Shown: positions 1-11,710 of the stretch, piece after piece
How positions within the stretch are numbered: the first letter of the stretch is position 1
How the letters are laid out: each line of letters opens with the position of its first letter
Assembly (NCBI GenBank): GCA_028023455.1
Contig: JAQFVV010000006.1
Coordinates: 1,612,001-1,676,000, forward strand
DNA from: Epiperipatus broadwayi
Taxonomy: Eukaryota; Animalia; Onychophora
DNA: 64,000 nucleotides
Reading direction: 5' to 3'
Made by a program: the position numbers and the translations under genes
Notes under the pieces: model-generated
Told to the model about the DNA's origin: nothing
The model's database searches: none
The model's input: only the letters and a program-made list of their open reading frames with translations

Positions 1-71
1 ATTGTTCAGTTAAAGAATTTCAGATTCTGCTCTTTCAGTTCCTTCCCAGATTCCTTAGTAATTTGATACAT

Positions 72-348
72 ATATATTAAAATTTTCTTATCATCTTCTT
101 ATATACACTTTAATGCAATCGTTTTATATATAATTTCCTTTTTTATTTTGCTTACAGTTTTGACTGTCCTGCAGTCTTCATCATTAGAGAGCTCTGATGA
201 AGACTGCAGGACAGTCGAAAAACTAAACAAGATAAAGGAGGAATTATATATAAAAAAGATTGCATTAAAGTGTATATGAGGAGATGAGAAGAAAATTTTA
301 ATATATATGAATATATGAAGGGAAATGCAAAAAAAAAAGATATAAGAA
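72..348. mobile_element. Head-to-head inverted cassette of a short HHR-bearing (Penelope-like) repeat
   Basis: Arms about 69-183 and 195-309. The + arm has CTGATGA-A-GACTG-cagga-CAGTC-GAAA. Direct repeat taatttgatacat at 59-71 and 349-361 (13-bp TSD). Confidence 0.75.
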
Positions 349-900
349 TAATTTGATACATGATGTAGGCCTTGTTTATAGAATTTACTCTTAAAATAGG
401 CTCCATTACTTTTCAGACAAATAGACTATACAATCAGCGCATCCCATGTGTTATCTAAAAAGCAAGGCATTCATCATATTTTTCCGAGTAACATGAAGGC
501 AATAACTAGAAAGTCACTTAGAACATTTTAGCACATGATTGGAGAACAAACAGCACAGTAAATGAATTGATATTAAGCATGGTAAAATTAAATGTGGCAC
601 ACAAAAGAAATAATTTTATACAGCCACTGTATGCTCCAGTATTATATTGCTTCTTTGTTCTTCTACCAGTCGACACTGATTTTTTCTCTAAATGACCCCC
701 CCCCACTTTAGCTCTCCACCTTACAAAATGTGATCAATACTCTCTCTAAAACAAAATTAATGTCTCCATCTGTAGTCTCTGAAATGCCTCTGCATTTAAT
801 TAACACTGCATTCCAAAATTAAAAGTATTATATTTTAAAATATGATATTTTTTAAGCAAAGTCTACATTCCAGACAAAAATTAAAATTATATCTGAAAAG

Positions 901-1885
901 GATTGGTATTAACCCACCAAACATTATATGATCACTATTCTTTATGCTTACACAAGCTGGTTACACAGAAGCAAAACTCTTCATACAGTAGCTTCACTCA
1001 GTGTGAGAGTAATTAATGGATGCAGGAAGGTTTGTACGTAAAATCCCTATCTAGTGCTTACCCATCCAATATTCCCAGACCAGTTTCTAGATTATGGCTT
1101 CATCAGTGAGGAGTCTTGGATCTGAGAGCACTGCATCTAGATCTTAGGATCTAATGCAACTCTCCAGCAGCTAGCTTGAAAATATTATTGTGTTTTCATT
1201 TTGAACTCAAAGCTTTATAGTTAGCTTAAAAGGTAAAGGGGTGGTTGCTGGAGGGTTGCATTAGATCCTAAGATCTAGGCGCAGTGCTCTTAGACCCAAG
1301 GCTCCTCACTGATGGAAGTCACAAGCTAGAAACTAATCTGGGGATATTGGATGGATAGGCACTAGATAGGTATTTTATGGACAAACTTTCCTGCATCCAC
1401 AGATTACTCTGGCTTGCACTGAATGACACTACTGTATGAGAGTTTTCCCTTGTGTAAGCATAAAAATGGTGATCATGTGATGTGGATTAATGGCAATCCT
1501 GTCCAATAGGATTATGGTGATTGTGATTATTAAAGAACCAAAGACTAAAATGTATGGATGCTGAACTGAGTTGAGATCTATATAATTATACAAACTAATG
1601 AGTTTAGCTTGAAAACTTATTGTGTTTTGATTTTCGACTCAAAGCTTTATAGTTAGCGAAAAAGATAAAAGATGGCTGTAGGAGGGTTGCCTTAGATCCT
1701 AAGATCTAGGTGCAGTGCTCTCAGATCCAAGGCTCCTCTCTAATGAAAGACACAAGCTAGAAACTAGTCGGGATATTGGATGAATAGGAACTGGATAGGG
1801 ATTTTATGCACAAACCTTCCTGCATCCATTGATTATTCTGACATGCACTGAGTGGTGCTACTGTATGGAGAGTTTTGCCTCTTTG
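901..1885. mobile_element. Family A HHR cassette: one inverted copy plus two tandem direct copies
   Basis: Minus copy about 901-1175, plus copies about 1175-1605 and 1606-1885. HHR motifs at 1074-1111(-), 1304-1343(+) and 1735-1773(+). TSD tatatctgaaaag at 888-900 and 1886-1898. Confidence 0.85.
1074..1111 (-). ncRNA. Minimal hammerhead ribozyme motif (core intact, weak stem II)
   Basis: Reverse complement reads CCUCA CUGAUGA AGCCAUAAUCUA GAAA CUGG UC UGGG. Confidence 0.6.
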
Positions 1886-2644
1886 TATATCTGAAAAGCA
1901 CAATAATCCCTTATAATCACTGTCTGCATTATGTTAGCTCTTAATTAAACGTTTAAGTTCGACAAAAATTTTTAATTAAAAACTTTAAATGACTTTTTTT
2001 TTCTCTCTTTTTTTTTTAACCAGTGCTTAAAAGGAGTTTTCAAAACGCATTGATTTGTGTTCTTTGGTGTTTAATGTTTCATGAATGAAATATATACCTC
2101 TAGACCGTTTTAATTTTTTCAAAATGATACAAAGATTGATTTTTGTAACTCTTAAGCTTCATTTGGAATTTGAACTCTTACAACTTTGTCTGGAATTTGA
2201 ACTCAGCCTTATTATAGAATAGAAAAAAAACAACCAATATTAACAATATAGGGTTTTATTTCTTTTTATTCATTACCAAACGAACTTATTACTTAAAAAT
2301 GGGAAACCAAACTAACTCGGGAAAATTTGTAATGGACTTTTAAATAACAGGACAAACTTTCCAAGCCTTTTTATTACACGTTAGCTGTTGAACATATAAA
2401 ATTTCTTAGAAAACCTAAATATACCCTCCCCCCTCTTTTGTTTTTAATCAAACATAATTTGTGGCAGATCCTGTTGTGGATCATTTTATACATGGTTCAA
2501 GTTTGCTAGAATTTCAAAACCTATATATTTAAACTTAGACATATACATTACATCTGATGATGGGGATTACAATCATATTATCATAATATATTTACATATG
2601 TATGTTGTTATGTCTTTAAAATATTTTCACTTTTGTTTATTACT

Positions 2645-2828
2645 TTTTGAAGTGATATATAATTGAAAGAATTAAGAGACTGAAGGGGAGTTGATATGGG
2701 AATATTGCTAGAAGAGATGATAATAGATGGACAGTTGAAATTTTAAATTGGATGTCAAGAGATTGTGAAAGACCTAGAAAGAGACCATATGTGAGATGGA
2801 TTAATGAAATAACATTGGGACCCAGAAT
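2645..2828 (+). mobile_element. RTE-clade LINE 3' fragment
   Basis: Degenerate translation IIERIKRLKGS*YGNIARRDDNRWTVEILNWMSRDCERPRKRPYVRW, resembling an RTE ORF C-terminus. Confidence 0.75.
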
Positions 2829-2994
2829 CATGATTACTACTAGTTCAAAATTACTACTAGTTCAAAACTGCATCATTTAAACCATTTGACTACTTACTAT
2901 ACAGTTAAAAGATTACTATCAACTATTTTTTTTTTTTTTTTTGTATATATAATTTTTCAGTAAAACAATCTGGTAATTTGTATGGCCATATGAA

Positions 2995-3285
2995 ATAGTA
3001 TTTTATTATATCATCATCATTATTTATAATCATAACCAATTCACTACAGAATGAAGGTCTCTCCAAATTCAATGCATCTCCAATTTCTAGCCTTTCTTCC
3101 CTGCACACTTCCTTATTTCATCAATCTAGTTTACATGTGGTCTGTTTCCTGTTCTTTCACAATCTCTTGGAATCCAGTTTATGATTTCAACTGTCCATGT
3201 ATTATCATCTCTTCTACCAATATGCCCACCTCAATTCTCCTTCAGTCTCTTAATTCGTTCAATTATATATCTCTTTAAAAAATAA
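2995..3285 (-). mobile_element. RTE-clade LINE 3' fragment, same family as 2645-2828
   Basis: Reverse complement is clearly similar to 2645-2828 and continues into the terminal gatgat-type tail. Confidence 0.75.
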
Positions 3286-4577
3286 TGAACAAAAGTGAAA
3301 ATATTTTAAAGACATAACAACATACATATGTGAAATAAAGTTAATACTGTGACTGCAAGCTCTCCATTTCGGATTATATAGGAACAATGAGAATACATTA
3401 AGATCTCCTTCAACGAATGTAATTGATTTCACAAGTTCATTCATTATACATTTTGATCACTCAAGCATTAATTGAAATAGGAGTATTTAGAAATAGGTTG
3501 CTGTGGTCCTTCAATTTAGAGCAAAGTTATCATCAACCCATTTGAATGGGAAAAATATAATATAAAAACGAAAGATGCAAAATACATATGAAATTCATGC
3601 TATAAACATTTAAACTTGCAATAGTATACTTTACATAAACTAAACTCAAATTATTGAAAGCTTAAAACAAAAATTGCAACAGTCTTTATCATAGTAAAAC
3701 TCACAAAATATTTGAGGTTAGCTATTTTATACTAAGAACTTCCATTTACTCACTTGGAAACTTTTTTTTTTTTGACACTATTAACTCAATTTTTCTGGTT
3801 CATTATAAAAACTAAAAATGGAACTTTTAAAGCATAAACAAACTTAATTCATAAAAATTATAAAGAGACCCTGATGATTGATTCAGCCATTCGTTTTCAA
3901 AACTTTTGTGATTTTATTTGGAATTTTTTTTAACGGCTTTGAATGGATATGCAAATTGAATTTAATAATGCGCAGTTTTGTGCAGTAATAGTTGGTGGAG
4001 TGCAAAGTTCTTGAATCAATTTCAATGGTGGCACTTCAGAGCTCGAACCTCTTATGAGTTCCTGAACAATAAAGTCATTCAAATATATGTATTTTTCTTA
4101 TTACTTACATATTTTTTATTTGGAAATTATTACTTTTTTGACACCACTGAGCAGATATGCAAATTGAATTTACTATTTAAGTTTTTTATAAAATGTGACA
4201 AAAAATATTTGAAGCTCCTTGTAAACAGGAAAGGCTCGGAAACATTTGTCACATGCATATGTCATCCATTGATGTTTTTATGGTTTTATTGCTTATTCAA
4301 AATTTTTTTTGACTACAACAATCAGTTTTGGAAATTGCATTTCAGGTTTATAACTAAAATTATTGTATGTACACAGAAGAATAATAAACAAAATCGTACT
4401 GTATTTTCATTGTTAAAAGACTAATAAATCACTAAATGAACTAAATTAGTAATTTACGCCTTATAAACAGAGCAAAGGTATCTGAATTATTATTCATTGT
4501 GACAATTGGGCTAATCTTGAGAAAAAGTATTGGGTGTATAATTTTTTTTGTTGTAGAAGTAATAATCCTAGCAGATC

Positions 4578-5246
4578 ACATTGTGTGCCACTCGGTGTAA
4601 GTCTGAGTAATCAATGGATGCAAGCTCTAGGCGCAGTGCTCTCAGATCCAAGGCTTCTCATTGATGAAAGCTACAAGCTTGAAACTAGTCTGGATGAGTA
4701 GGTACCAGATAGGGGTTTTATGCATAAATCTTCTTGCATTAGTTGGTTGAGTGGCTTGCACAGTGCGCTGCTGTGTAGAGAGTTTAGCCTCTGTGTAAAC
4801 AGCTTGTGTAAGCATAAAGAATGGTGACCATGTGATGTTTAGTGCTTTAATACCAATCCTGTCCAATGGAATTATAGTGAGTGTGGTTATTAAAGAATCA
4901 AAAACACCAAAAGGTATGGATGCTGAACTGAGTTCAGATCTGTACAACTATACAAGCTAATGAGCTTGAATTGAAAATATTTTTGTGCTTTTATTTTTGA
5001 CTCAAAGCTTTATAAATAGCTAATAAAATAAAAGGTGACTGCTGGAGGATTGCATTAGATGCAACGATCTAGGCGCACTGCTATCAAATCCAAGGCTATT
5101 CACTTATCCACAGGCTAGAAACTAATCTGGGGATTATTGGATAAGTTGGCACTAAATAGAGGTGTTATGGACAAACCTTCTTGCATCCATTGATTACTCT
5201 GGCTTGCATTGGGTGGTGCTACTGTATGAAGAGTTTACTTTCTGCC
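4578..5246 (+). mobile_element. Family A HHR cassette, tandem dimer with a short inverted piece at its 5' end
   Basis: Same sequence family as 901-1885. HHR motifs at 4656-4694 and a partly deleted one at 5098-5132. TSD taatcctagcagatc at 4563-4577 and 5247-5261. Confidence 0.85.
4656..4694 (+). ncRNA. Minimal hammerhead motif with C3U change
   Basis: UCUCA UUGAUGA AAGC uacaa GCUU GAAA CUAG UC UGGA, with palindromic ACUAGU stem III. Confidence 0.55.
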
Positions 5247-5838
5247 TAATCCTAGCAGATCTCATTATATATAAAAATAAAAGCATTAGCACATCATTTA
5301 TTTAAAAATAATTATTTTTATCATTTTGAAATAAAAATACTTACTTTTTAAATTTCTTTTATTATTAAACATGGCTAATAGCATTCTTTGGCGCTAATTG
5401 CATTCTTTTGCAGCTAACTCAAATATCTGTTTCTACTACAATAAGTTCATCTTTTTACTATGTGGACATAATTTTTTTTACCTGACCACAAATTCTAAGT
5501 ATTAATAGAAACCAGAACTAAAATATGATAATTGAATGACAAAAAAAAAACCGAACATGTCCAATAGATAGCTGTAATCTAAACAATTACTTCTTAGGTA
5601 AGCCCTGAGTGAAGCAGTCGCTGTACAACAGTGCCCCTTGTTTAATTCCAAGTCACTCGCTTGGATGATTGATTGACAGTTTAAATGTAAACATATATTT
5701 ACATATATTTATATATGTAAAGAAAGTATGCAATGGGAGAGTTGATTTTATTTTTGATTCAGAACTATTGTTCGATCAATCAGTAAAATTCATAATTCTG
5801 AATCAAAGTAATTTGGAAGTAAGCCATATTGTAACTGT

Positions 5839-6260
5839 AGAAACAATTTAAATTTACATGCTCATTTAAATCATTAGTAAATAGAAGATGTGAAATGTTG
5901 GACTATTTCCATCATTTATGAGTGAATGTTGAATGTACAGAAAATTTTAAACTTTATTTAAACTTTCCAAATACAAACAACTTGTTAGTAATAACACACA
6001 AATAGACAATACAGGTTAGTAATTATACAACATTTCGAGTATTATTTTCCACTCTTCTTCAGGTGTTGCTGGCCTATATGCACAGTGACAATATTCGCTT
6101 AGAAGTTGAACTCACACTTTTAGATTCTTGAATATCGAATTTTAAGGCAAACGCTCTACCAACTGAGCTATTCTGTCATAAATGATGGAAATAGTCCAAC
6201 ATATAACATCTTGTATTTACTAATGATTTAAATGAGCATGTAAGAATTTAAATTGTTTGT
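5839..6260 (-). mobile_element. Family D element: tRNA-like head, hammerhead, AT-rich tail, with an inverted tail copy at the 5' end
   Basis: Minus strand reads GACAGAATAGCTCAGTTGGTAGAGCG (A-box, from 6177), then GAGTTCAAC (B-box, 6105-6113), then CUGAAGA-A-GAGU...ACUC-GAAA. Arms about 5839-5922 and 6176-6260 are inverted repeats. Confidence 0.75.
6025..6068 (-). ncRNA. Minimal hammerhead motif (CUGAAGA type)
   Basis: CAACAC CUGAAGA A GAGU ggaaaauaau ACUC GAAA UGUU GUAU. Stem III is likely CpG-decayed from AACGUU. Confidence 0.55.
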
Positions 6261-7394
6261 TATTTTGTTGGAGATAAAACAACAAGTGCATTCAGTATCT
6301 GAGAAAATTGTTTACAAAATGCGAAGTTTAAAATGATTCTCATTAAGACGTAAGGTAAAACAAGTTTTGTCATAATGTTAGTGTTTCTGATTTTTTGCAG
6401 TGAAAGGTTATTACAAACGTAAAGCTGTAGGGTAACCTCTGCAAAGTAAATGTAAAGGAAATCTCACATCCATGCAAAAATTTAACTTTTGAGGGTAGTT
6501 CTCTCCACCTATTCTAGAACTATGTATACTATATGTGTTGAACAGTTATTGTGCATTAAGTGGTACTTTTAGTATATCCTCACTTTCAGAGCAATTTTTT
6601 GATCTTATGGACACATACTGATGAGAACTTATAGATTCAAATCTTGAATTGATATACTTATGCATGTAGTAGTTAAAATCTTCATTGACAAAGACTAATC
6701 CAGAAGCCAGTCTTCGTATTTGAAATCAAATCTGGTTATAAGCACTACTTTTTATGACAATTGATCACCTCGAGTTACAGTACAGGTGTTAAAGTAGGGT
6801 CAAGAGAACTATACTTGGAAGCATATGGCAGGAGTAGGGAGCAAAGTCATATATTTTATTCATAAGAACTTCAATTCTGAATGAAAATCTTTTTTCTTTT
6901 AATGTTTGAGTCAGTTTTTCCTAAGAATATTACAGACCAAGCAGATTATATTTTTGATCTTCAATCATGAGGACATGAGTAAGAAATCGTTTCTTTAGTT
7001 GTTGAATGTTAAATGCATGCTTAAGTAATTACTGTCCCCCCTAGAAGATATATGAGATAAATTTTTTGATTTTATAATTCTGCTAACTTAATAGTTGTTT
7101 TCCTATTGGATAACCCAGTGGTCAATTAATAGACACATTTCCGGGCTTTAAGTCTTTATGGTTTGACCAGGAAATCTTGAAATTTACCACAAAGGTACTA
7201 ACCTGACCAAAATACATTTAATGGTTTTGTTACATGTATGTGCAATGTTGACAACTTGGCTGAAGAACTTTTTTAATAAATTCTTGTTTTATGAAATAGC
7301 TTCTACTAACATCTTTGTTCAGCTGAAAGGTTTTTGTGCCAAGTTATGGTTGGAGTAACAAAGTATGCAAAAAAAGAACTACTGATAATTTGAT

Positions 7395-7715
7395 ATAAAG
7401 GGGATTTGAACTCAGATCTCAAGCTTTCTTCAGCTATCCACTCTTATATAAAGGATACACATGACCATGCACCTGAAAAAGACAAATGATCTCCAATATA
7501 AGTATTTCATGCTGAATCAGCACTCATCAGTTGGTCCAGATTATCACCTTTCACTCACATATATATATATATAATCAGTGCTCACTTTATATTCAGACAG
7601 CAAATCTTCAAACTTTAATGGACTGGCTTTATATTCTTCTCCACCCTCCAGCTCTTCAGCCATCAATTACATTGAAAATCTGATGATGGAATGCTCAAAC
7701 CCTTGTTGATGCCAA
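7395..7715 (-). mobile_element. Family B HHR repeat
   Basis: Contains the antisense of the HHR (cagcactcatcagttgg). Homologous to 24459-24750 and 34320-34605. Confidence 0.8.
7493..7534 (-). ncRNA. Minimal hammerhead motif (core intact)
   Basis: CCAA CUGAUGA GUGCUG auu CAGCAU GAAA UACUUA UA UUGG. Confidence 0.65.
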
Positions 7716-7774
7716 TATTGTTGTTTAATTAAATCTTAATGTTCCGTATTTACAATATACTAGTATTGATTTAT

Positions 7775-8220
7775 TACAGATTCAGCCTGCATTCTGCCAT
7801 CTTTCTGTGTATTTAAATGGACATATTAAGGTCATATATATGAGGGTCATTATGACTTAAGGTCAACATGGGTATGATAACAATTTGGCATCAACAAGGG
7901 TTTGAGCATTCCATCATCAGAGTTTCAATGGTATGGATGGTTGAAGAGTTGGAGGATGGAGAAGATTGAAATCTGTCCATTAACATTTGAAGATTTGCTA
8001 TCTTAATATAAATTGAGCATGGATTAGATATGTGTGTGAAAGTGATGATTTGGACCAACTGATGAGTGCTGGTTCTGCACAAGATATGTGTATATTGGTG
8101 ATCATTTGTCTTCTCCAAACGTGTGTGGCCATGTGTCTTAGTTATATAAGATGACATGGATAATTGAAGAAAGCTTTGAAGTCTGAGTTCAAATACCCTT
8201 TAATTACATCTTAGGGTTTG
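7775..8220 (+). mobile_element. Family B HHR repeat, inverted relative to 7395-7715
   Basis: HHR at 8055-8098 with GAAA mutated to AAGA. Flanked by an identical 29-bp direct repeat at 7746-7774 and 8221-8249. Confidence 0.8.
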
Positions 8221-9337
8221 GTATTTACAATATACTAGTATTGATTTATAGTCTGTGATTAGATATTATCTTAATGTTCTATTTAGAAGCTAACTTTGCA
8301 CTCTTTATCTAAATTGTCAAAGCATAAAATAAGCTTACATGGATTTTGCAATCATAGATCTACCAAATGCTTTGCAAATCATGAGAACTGTTTTTTGTAA
8401 AATGTGGTAATAAACATTCCAAATTAGATATACAATGGCTATAAATTTCTCTGGGACTGTTGGTAAGTTAACACTGTGATATGGTGCACCGTGACTTCTT
8501 ATACGGAGTCTGGAATCTCTCAGCAACTATGCCCAGAGAAACCTGTTGACCACTTTAAGTTCTCTTTCCATTTCCTACCCTAAGTTTTCCGATATTCTTC
8601 TCTATCCTGCTCCCTTCCACTTCCACAACATAATCTTTGTCAACTCCATGGTCTTTATATCTAAATCCCCCGTCCCAACATTTATTCTTCCACAACTTCA
8701 TTATTTGTACCCTTTCTGCTTTCAGGCATTTACATGAATAATACTGCCATCTAACGTCTTTTGATTATTCAACAATGAGGACTGCTACTATGAACGTACC
8801 CAATTAGTTCCAGAAATCATTAGTTTTGGATTCATTCATACTAGTAGACATGGGAACACATAAATTTAGGAATTAATCCTTTGTAGTCTCACAGATTAAA
8901 GCAAAGTTATCATCTAACACAATGATTTAAACAGGAAAAATATATAAAATCAAACCTATAAGTGTAAAAACAATACGTAAATTTAAAACGCAAAAACAAT
9001 CTTGCTTTAATCAAACTTTCTTTAATAAACACATAAATTTTTTTACACCAGGAGAAGTGCAAATAATCTTCCTTTATGTTCGAAGTTATTATTCTCTAGT
9101 CGGAGTGTTAGAAACATTCTTCATTTTATTGCTACACTATTTGAAATAAATTAATATATTCTAACTTTATGGGCTACGCAGATAAATCTGAGAGGCATAA
9201 AAGTATTTTTTTTTTTTAATGAAAACTGTAATCAAATTTTTTACCCTAATATAAAAAAAAAAAATCACATAAAACACAGTGGAGTGGAAATTACTTTTTT
9301 CTTAATGTCTAATTTATTTAGCTTTCTAAATCTGATT

Positions 9338-9455
9338 AGTCTTGCGTTGTTAGCCGAGAGGTATCGCAGTCGCCATGCAAGCAAGTAGTTGGTTGCAGAC
9401 GGTTGTGGGTTCGCGTCCCGGCCGATGCTATGACATATGGAAAAAAAAAAAAAAA
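9338..9455 (+). mobile_element. tRNA-derived SINE (family F)
   Basis: A-box-like TAGCCGAGAGG, B-box-like GGGTTCGCGTCCC, poly(A) tail. TSD aaatctgatt at 9328-9337 and 9453-9462. Confidence 0.8.
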
Positions 9456-9724
9456 TCTGATTTCTGTCTTATTATTAAAGTTGTAAAATAATTCCAAAAT
9501 TCTGCTTTTTCGCTAATAATCCTGCAAATAAACAGATATGCTAGCACATTAGTAGCTAAGACGTACACAGATATTTAGTAAAACCCTGTATAAATTACAA
9601 TAATTATAAAATCCTGTATTTTTATTATTGAAGTTGAAAATAAACAGGAAGTGAAGTCAGTACATTGATAACTAACTCTTACGGATATAACAGTAACAAA
9701 TTCTTCATACTATTCATGCTTCCC

Positions 9725-10235
9725 ACTACAAAGTTTGTGCATGAAATTGCTATTTAGTGCCTATTCATCCAATATCCCGAAACGAATTTCTAGTGTGTAG
9801 CTTTTATCAGTGAGGAGCCTCGGATCTGAGAGCACTGCAGTTAGATTTTAGGATCTAATGTAACTCACCTGCAGCCATCTTTCACCTATTTAGTTATCAG
9901 CTAGGAGTCTTAGATCTTAGAGCACTGCACCTAGATCTTAGAATCTAACGCAATCTTCCACTATTCACCTTTTTACCTATTTAGTTAACTATAAAGCTAT
10001 GCTAAAGCTTATAGCTTTATAATTAATTAGGAGGTAAAAGATGGCTGCTGGAGGGGTGCATTGGAGTTTAAGATTAAAGTGCAGTGCTCCCAAATCCAAA
10101 GTAGAAACCAGTCTGGGGATGTTGAATGTGTAGGTACTAAATAGGGATTTTATGCACAAACCTTCTTGCATCCATTGATTACTAAGGCTTGCATTAGGTA
10201 GCACCACTGCATGGAGAGTTTGCTTCTGTTTGAGC
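9725..10235. mobile_element. Family A cassette (minus, partial minus, plus) with dead HHRs
   Basis: Shares ctagatcttaggatctaatg and gcacaaaccttcttgcatccattgattact with the other family A copies. The minus HHR reads CUGAUAA, and the plus HHR has lost its 5' half. Confidence 0.75.
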
Positions 10236-11094
10236 ATTTTTTGTAAGCATAGTGAGTAGTAATTGTTATGTTTTATGTTTTCTTACCGATATACTAGTCA
10301 AAGTGGAAATGTTCAGAAATATCTTGCACATGCATGTGATATCTTAATCAATAATACAGGCAAACATTTATGCTCATTGTTATAAAAATTGTAATTTATT
10401 GAGAAAATATATTTATTGTGCAATTTGCACATTGTAAGACAGTTTATTGTTATAGCTGTTTTGGAGATTAGTGTAAAGAAAATTGCTCTCAAAGCTAATT
10501 AACAAATGAAAGGCCTACAGTTTTAATACTTTTCAATTCTTGTAAAAATCCCATGCATTTTGCCACTCATTTAATTTGTTCATATAATGTAGAAAAATTT
10601 AATTAAACTTTGCCAATACATTTTCTGTTTTTTTTTTAAACATACGTTTCTAAAACTATCTGTACCAAATCCGTCATTTTCATTCGCAAGATTTAATGAC
10701 ATGTCTCACATCATTTACAATACATGGCATATGAGTTGTCAGCTATATTATTTTTTGTTCTTTATTGGCATGTTGTTCTTGAATTGTTTCATATACTCCA
10801 TGATAATTCTGTTTTTAGTAAAACATTTTTTATTTTTAAGTTCACTTTTTTTTTAGATTTCATTATTTTAGATATATATATATATTTATAATAAAATATC
10901 AAATGATTGGCTGCCTGGGAGTCCATTTAATGTTTGAACAACAGATGTGACAAGTTGAGCTAAAACCACACAAAGCAATTTATACATAGTTTTAATGAAA
11001 TTAAGGTTACCAGGTGGAGTTTAATTATGATATTTAAGTTTTAGATAACGTAATGAACGCAAAATGTTCTCTAGAAGACATCCACATTTCTTCT

Positions 11095-11710
11095 TGTATT
11101 TTTATATTGGACTATTTCCATCATTTAATATATGTACTGAATGTCTTTAGAAAGATTTAACTTTATTTAAATATTCCAAATACATTCAACTGTTAGTAAT
11201 AGCACATCAAACAAGTTAGTATATGCATAATGTTTTGAGAAGTATTAGTCTCCCCTTTTCTTCAGGTGTTGCTGGCCTGACCAATGACAGTACTAGCATG
11301 GGATTTGAACCTGGTCCTTAGATTCTTGAGTTTTGAATTTTAAGGTAATGCTCTAACCAACTGAACGATCCTGTCAAAGCAACAGTCTGTAGTAATTTCA
11401 TATACTTATCTATGAGGTTCTTTCTGATTTCTCCACTTTTTCCTAAGAGCAAAGTTGATTAGTGGTTTCCATACATTATATGTATAGTTACACTGGGTTG
11501 GCTTATGGGATTTTTTGCTATTGTCATGTGAGCAGTTTCTTTAAATTTTCTTCTTTGTACCTTTTCTTCTCTATCCAATATTTTTGTAATATTCCAATTG
11601 AACATATGTTCATTGGCACATACATGTTCTGCTACTGAGACATATATTTGCTCTCTTCTAATTATCAATACATATATTAAATGATGGAAATAGTCCAATA
11701 TAAAAATACA
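11095..11710 (-). mobile_element. 3' end of a Penelope-like element: GIY-YIG C-terminus, tRNA-like module, HHR and tail (family D)
   Basis: ORF 11459-11698(-) contains SVAEHVCANEHMFNWNITKILDREEKVQRRKFKETAHMTIAKNPISQP, resembling PLE endonuclease C-termini. tRNA-like head starts at 11375 and a degenerate HHR lies at about 11235-11270. The tail matches 5897-5990, with an inverted tail copy at about 11670-11710. Confidence 0.75.

Noticed and set aside
4642-4947. 101-aa ORF as a family A-encoded protein
   Set aside because: Antisense to the ribozyme strand, and not seen as an ORF of this length in the other family A copies.
6095-6177. Functional tRNA gene (also 11290-11375 and the family F heads)
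   Set aside because: T-arm and anticodon arm do not pair cleanly, and the units are embedded in repeats with tails or TSDs. Treated as tRNA-derived.
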